From a virus (taxonomy: Duplodnaviria > Caudoviricetes), in IMG/VR virus record IMGVR_UViG_3300035670_000303, positions 1 through 51,193 of that record: DNA of 51,193 nt. One strand, written 5' to 3'. Shown here one piece after another: positions 49,045 to 51,193 of the stretch. Under the pieces are notes generated by a model that saw only the letters and a list, made by a program, of their open reading frames with translations, had not been told where the DNA came from and did no database searches. Each line of letters starts with the position of its first letter. Positions within the stretch are counted from its first letter, which is position 1. The position numbers were made by a program, and so were the translations under genes.

Positions 49045-51193
49045 TGGCGATGAACATGGAAGCGGTCCTGAGGATCGCGGCGAAGGTTACAGGTGCGCAA
49101 GAAATCAGCGCATTGCGGGACAACCTGGACTCCCTGAATCAATCCAGCGGGCTGGCGCGAAAGACCTTCAACGACGCCCCGAAAGAGGCCAGCGAAGGAT
49201 GGGCGTCTTCTGCGCTGAAAGTTGCCGGCCTCACTGCGGCAATCGGCACCTCGGTGATGGCTGCCGTTCAGTTTGAATCCGCCATTGCCGACGTTCGCAA
49301 GGTGGTTGACGGACTGGAGACCCCTGCCGCACTGCAGGAGATCAGCGGCGAGATTCTGGAGCTCTCAAGCCAGATGCCAATCGCTGCAGAGGGGTTTGCT
49401 CAGATCTATGCAGCCGCTGGGGCGTCGGGCATTGCGCGAGATGAGCTCAGAGGCTTTGCGGTCATGGTTGCGCAGGTGGCCACGGCCTTTGAGATGACCG
49501 CAGAAGAGGCCGGCCGATCATTGGCCCAGCTGCGCGTCTCTCTGGGCCTGTCCAACAAGGAAGTCGGCTCGCTGGCCGACATGATGAACTACCTGGAAAA
49601 CAGCACGGGCGCATCAGCTTCTCAGCTGGTGGAGTTCATGACCCGTTCTGGCGCTGTCGGTCAGATGGTGGGACTCACGGCCGGGCAGACCGCTGCATTT
49701 GGCGCGGCGATGGTGCAGGCCGGATTTGAAACGGAAGTGGCCGCCACCAGCTTCAACAACATGGTCAAGGCGCTCAGCCGCGGGCCCTCCATGACTGAGC
49801 GACAGGTGGACGCTCTGCGCCGGTTGGGCTACAGCATGGCGGACGCCAAGCAGGTCGAAACCGAGCTCACCCGAGAGGCGGAGAACGCCAGCCGCCGGCG
49901 TGTGGACGCGGCCAGGTCTCAGAAGGATCAGGTCATCCGCCTGGCCCAGGAGCAAAGCGACCGCAGGATCGAGATCGCCCGCGACGAAACCGACCGACTG
50001 AGCAGGGAGATCAACCGGCGGTACCGCAATGAGCAGCAGGCGCTGCAGGATAACTGGGACGACCAGGCCAAGATTCAAGAGGACCGCCTGCAAGATCGCG
50101 CAGATGCACAGATCAAGGCCCTGCAGCGCCAGGAACGGGCCGAGATCGACTACGCGCAGAAGATCGCTCAGGCTCAGAAAACCGACGCTACAGCCGCTGT
50201 GGACCGGATCCGCGACGCCTACGAGGCGCGGATTGAAGCCGTCCGCGATCAGGTAGACCGTGAGTTGACGGTGCAGCGCCGGGCAGCCCGAGATCAGCAG
50301 CAATTGATTCGCGATCAGCTGGATGATCGCAGGGAGCTTGAACTTAGGGCGAATGCAGATCGCCTCTCGCTGGTGGAAAAACAGGAAGACGCCTTTATGG
50401 ATGGGCAGAAGGCCGCCGCAGAAGGCCGGTTCAAGGCCATTGAAGAGGCTGAGAAGTCTTTCGTTGAGAGGGCCAAGGCCAACGCGAAAGCAACAGGAGA
50501 GTCGCTGGCAAAGGCCTCGACTCAGGGCTTTGCTGATCGGATGGAAAGGGACGCCATTGGCACAATCACGGAAGTCCTGGGCAAGATCAGCAACCTGCCC
50601 AAGTCTAAGCAGTTGTCTGTAATCAGCGATCTGTTCGGCGATGAAGCAAGGGCGCTGTCGCCATTGATCAACAACATTGGCGAGCTAGATAGGATTCTGG
50701 CACTGTCAAACGACAGCACTAAAGCCGCAGGTTCGGTACTCAAGGAATACGCTACTCGGAGCGCTACCGCCGAAAATCAACTCAAACTGCTCAATAACGG
50801 ATTTACCCAGCTGAGAATTGAGCTTGGGAATGCCTTCTTGCCAGCGCTTGCAGCCTTGCTGCCGCCGCTGACGACTGTAATCAACGCTGCCGCCAGCCTT
50901 GTAAAGGCGCTGCAGCCTGCGATCAGAGCCGTTGCTGGTCTGCTGGCCTTTGGCTATGTGGTGCCTTCGATCGTTTCGTTCGTCGGTGCCATCAGCGGCG
51001 TTGTGGCGATCTTCTCCGCTACAAAATGGATCTCGGGCCTGGCATTGCTGGCTGGGCTACCAGGCCCCATCCGGCTTCTGGCCGCGGCATTCACGTTGCT
51101 AGGTGTTGCCGCGAGTCCACTGGGGCCAATCCTCAACGCTGTGGTGATCGGGCTAACGGCGCTGCAGTTCTTGAACTTTGCCAAGAGCTTCAT
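49044..51193 (+). CDS. Tail tape measure protein (TP901-type core), truncated by window end
   Basis: MAMNMEAVLRIAAKVTG..., FESAIADVRKVVD, LADMMNYL, EVAATSFNNM, LFGDEAR; runs off the window. Confidence 0.92.
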   Translation, partial: MAMNMEAVLRIAAKVTGAQEISALRDNLDSLNQSSGLARKTFNDAPKEASEGWASSALKVAGLTAAIGTSVMAAVQFESAIADVRKVVDGLETPAALQEISGEILELSSQMPIAAEGFAQIYAAAGASGIARDELRGFAVMVAQVATAFEMTAEEAGRSLAQLRVSLGLSNKEVGSLADMMNYLENSTGASASQLVEFMTRSGAVGQMVGLTAGQTAAFGAAMVQAGFETEVAATSFNNMVKALSRGPSMTERQVDALRRLGYSMADAKQVETELTREAENASRRRVDAARSQKDQVIRLAQEQSDRRIEIARDETDRLSREINRRYRNEQQALQDNWDDQAKIQEDRLQDRADAQIKALQRQERAEIDYAQKIAQAQKTDATAAVDRIRDAYEARIEAVRDQVDRELTVQRRAARDQQQLIRDQLDDRRELELRANADRLSLVEKQEDAFMDGQKAAAEGRFKAIEEAEKSFVERAKANAKATGESLAKASTQGFADRMERDAIGTITEVLGKISNLPKSKQLSVISDLFGDEARALSPLINNIGELDRILALSNDSTKAAGSVLKEYATRSATAENQLKLLNNGFTQLRIELGNAFLPALAALLPPLTTVINAAASLVKALQPAIRAVAGLLAFGYVVPSIVSFVGAISGVVAIFSATKWISGLALLAGLPGPIRLLAAAFTLLGVAASPLGPILNAVVIGLTALQFLNFAKSF

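Larger units (their letters stand above)
44384..51193 (+). mobile_element. Fragment of a second, siphovirus-type (pro)phage: head-tail and tail module
   Basis: FII-like, tail terminator, tail tube, G/GT chaperones and tape measure in lambdoid order. Confidence 0.9.

Overview
Positions 1-~44,256 are one apparently complete, circularly permuted genome of a high-GC temperate T7-like (Autographiviridae-type) podophage. The host is probably a picocyanobacterium (Cyanobium/Synechococcus-like); this is inferred from gene content and regulatory motifs. Gene order: lysis genes, terS/terL, a RepL-like wHTH gene and a non-coding end/origin region; an early region of small ORFs with ardC and two MarR-like regulators; tyrosine integrase; an intact attP carrying the 5' half of a tRNA(CAT); single-subunit RNA polymerase; ssb, RusA, a lambdoid-style initiator/loader-like pair and exonuclease; then portal, scaffold, capsid, tail tubes, internal virion proteins, a double beta-helix tailspike and a head-spike-like module. 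No DNA polymerase, primase/helicase or photosynthesis AMG was recognised. Positions 1-127 recur exactly at 44,257-44,383. After that the sequence switches to the head-tail joining, tail tube, chaperone and tape-measure genes of an unrelated siphovirus, most likely through an assembly join at a shared module. The most striking unexplained signals are a 16-bp palindrome (TCTGCA-N4-TGCAGA) in front of most transcription units, a thrice-repeated double-hairpin/(CAC)n element at early-gene junctions, phased CCTAGG sites and cyanobacterial LexA-like boxes. All family assignments come from motif recognition by eye; no searches were run.
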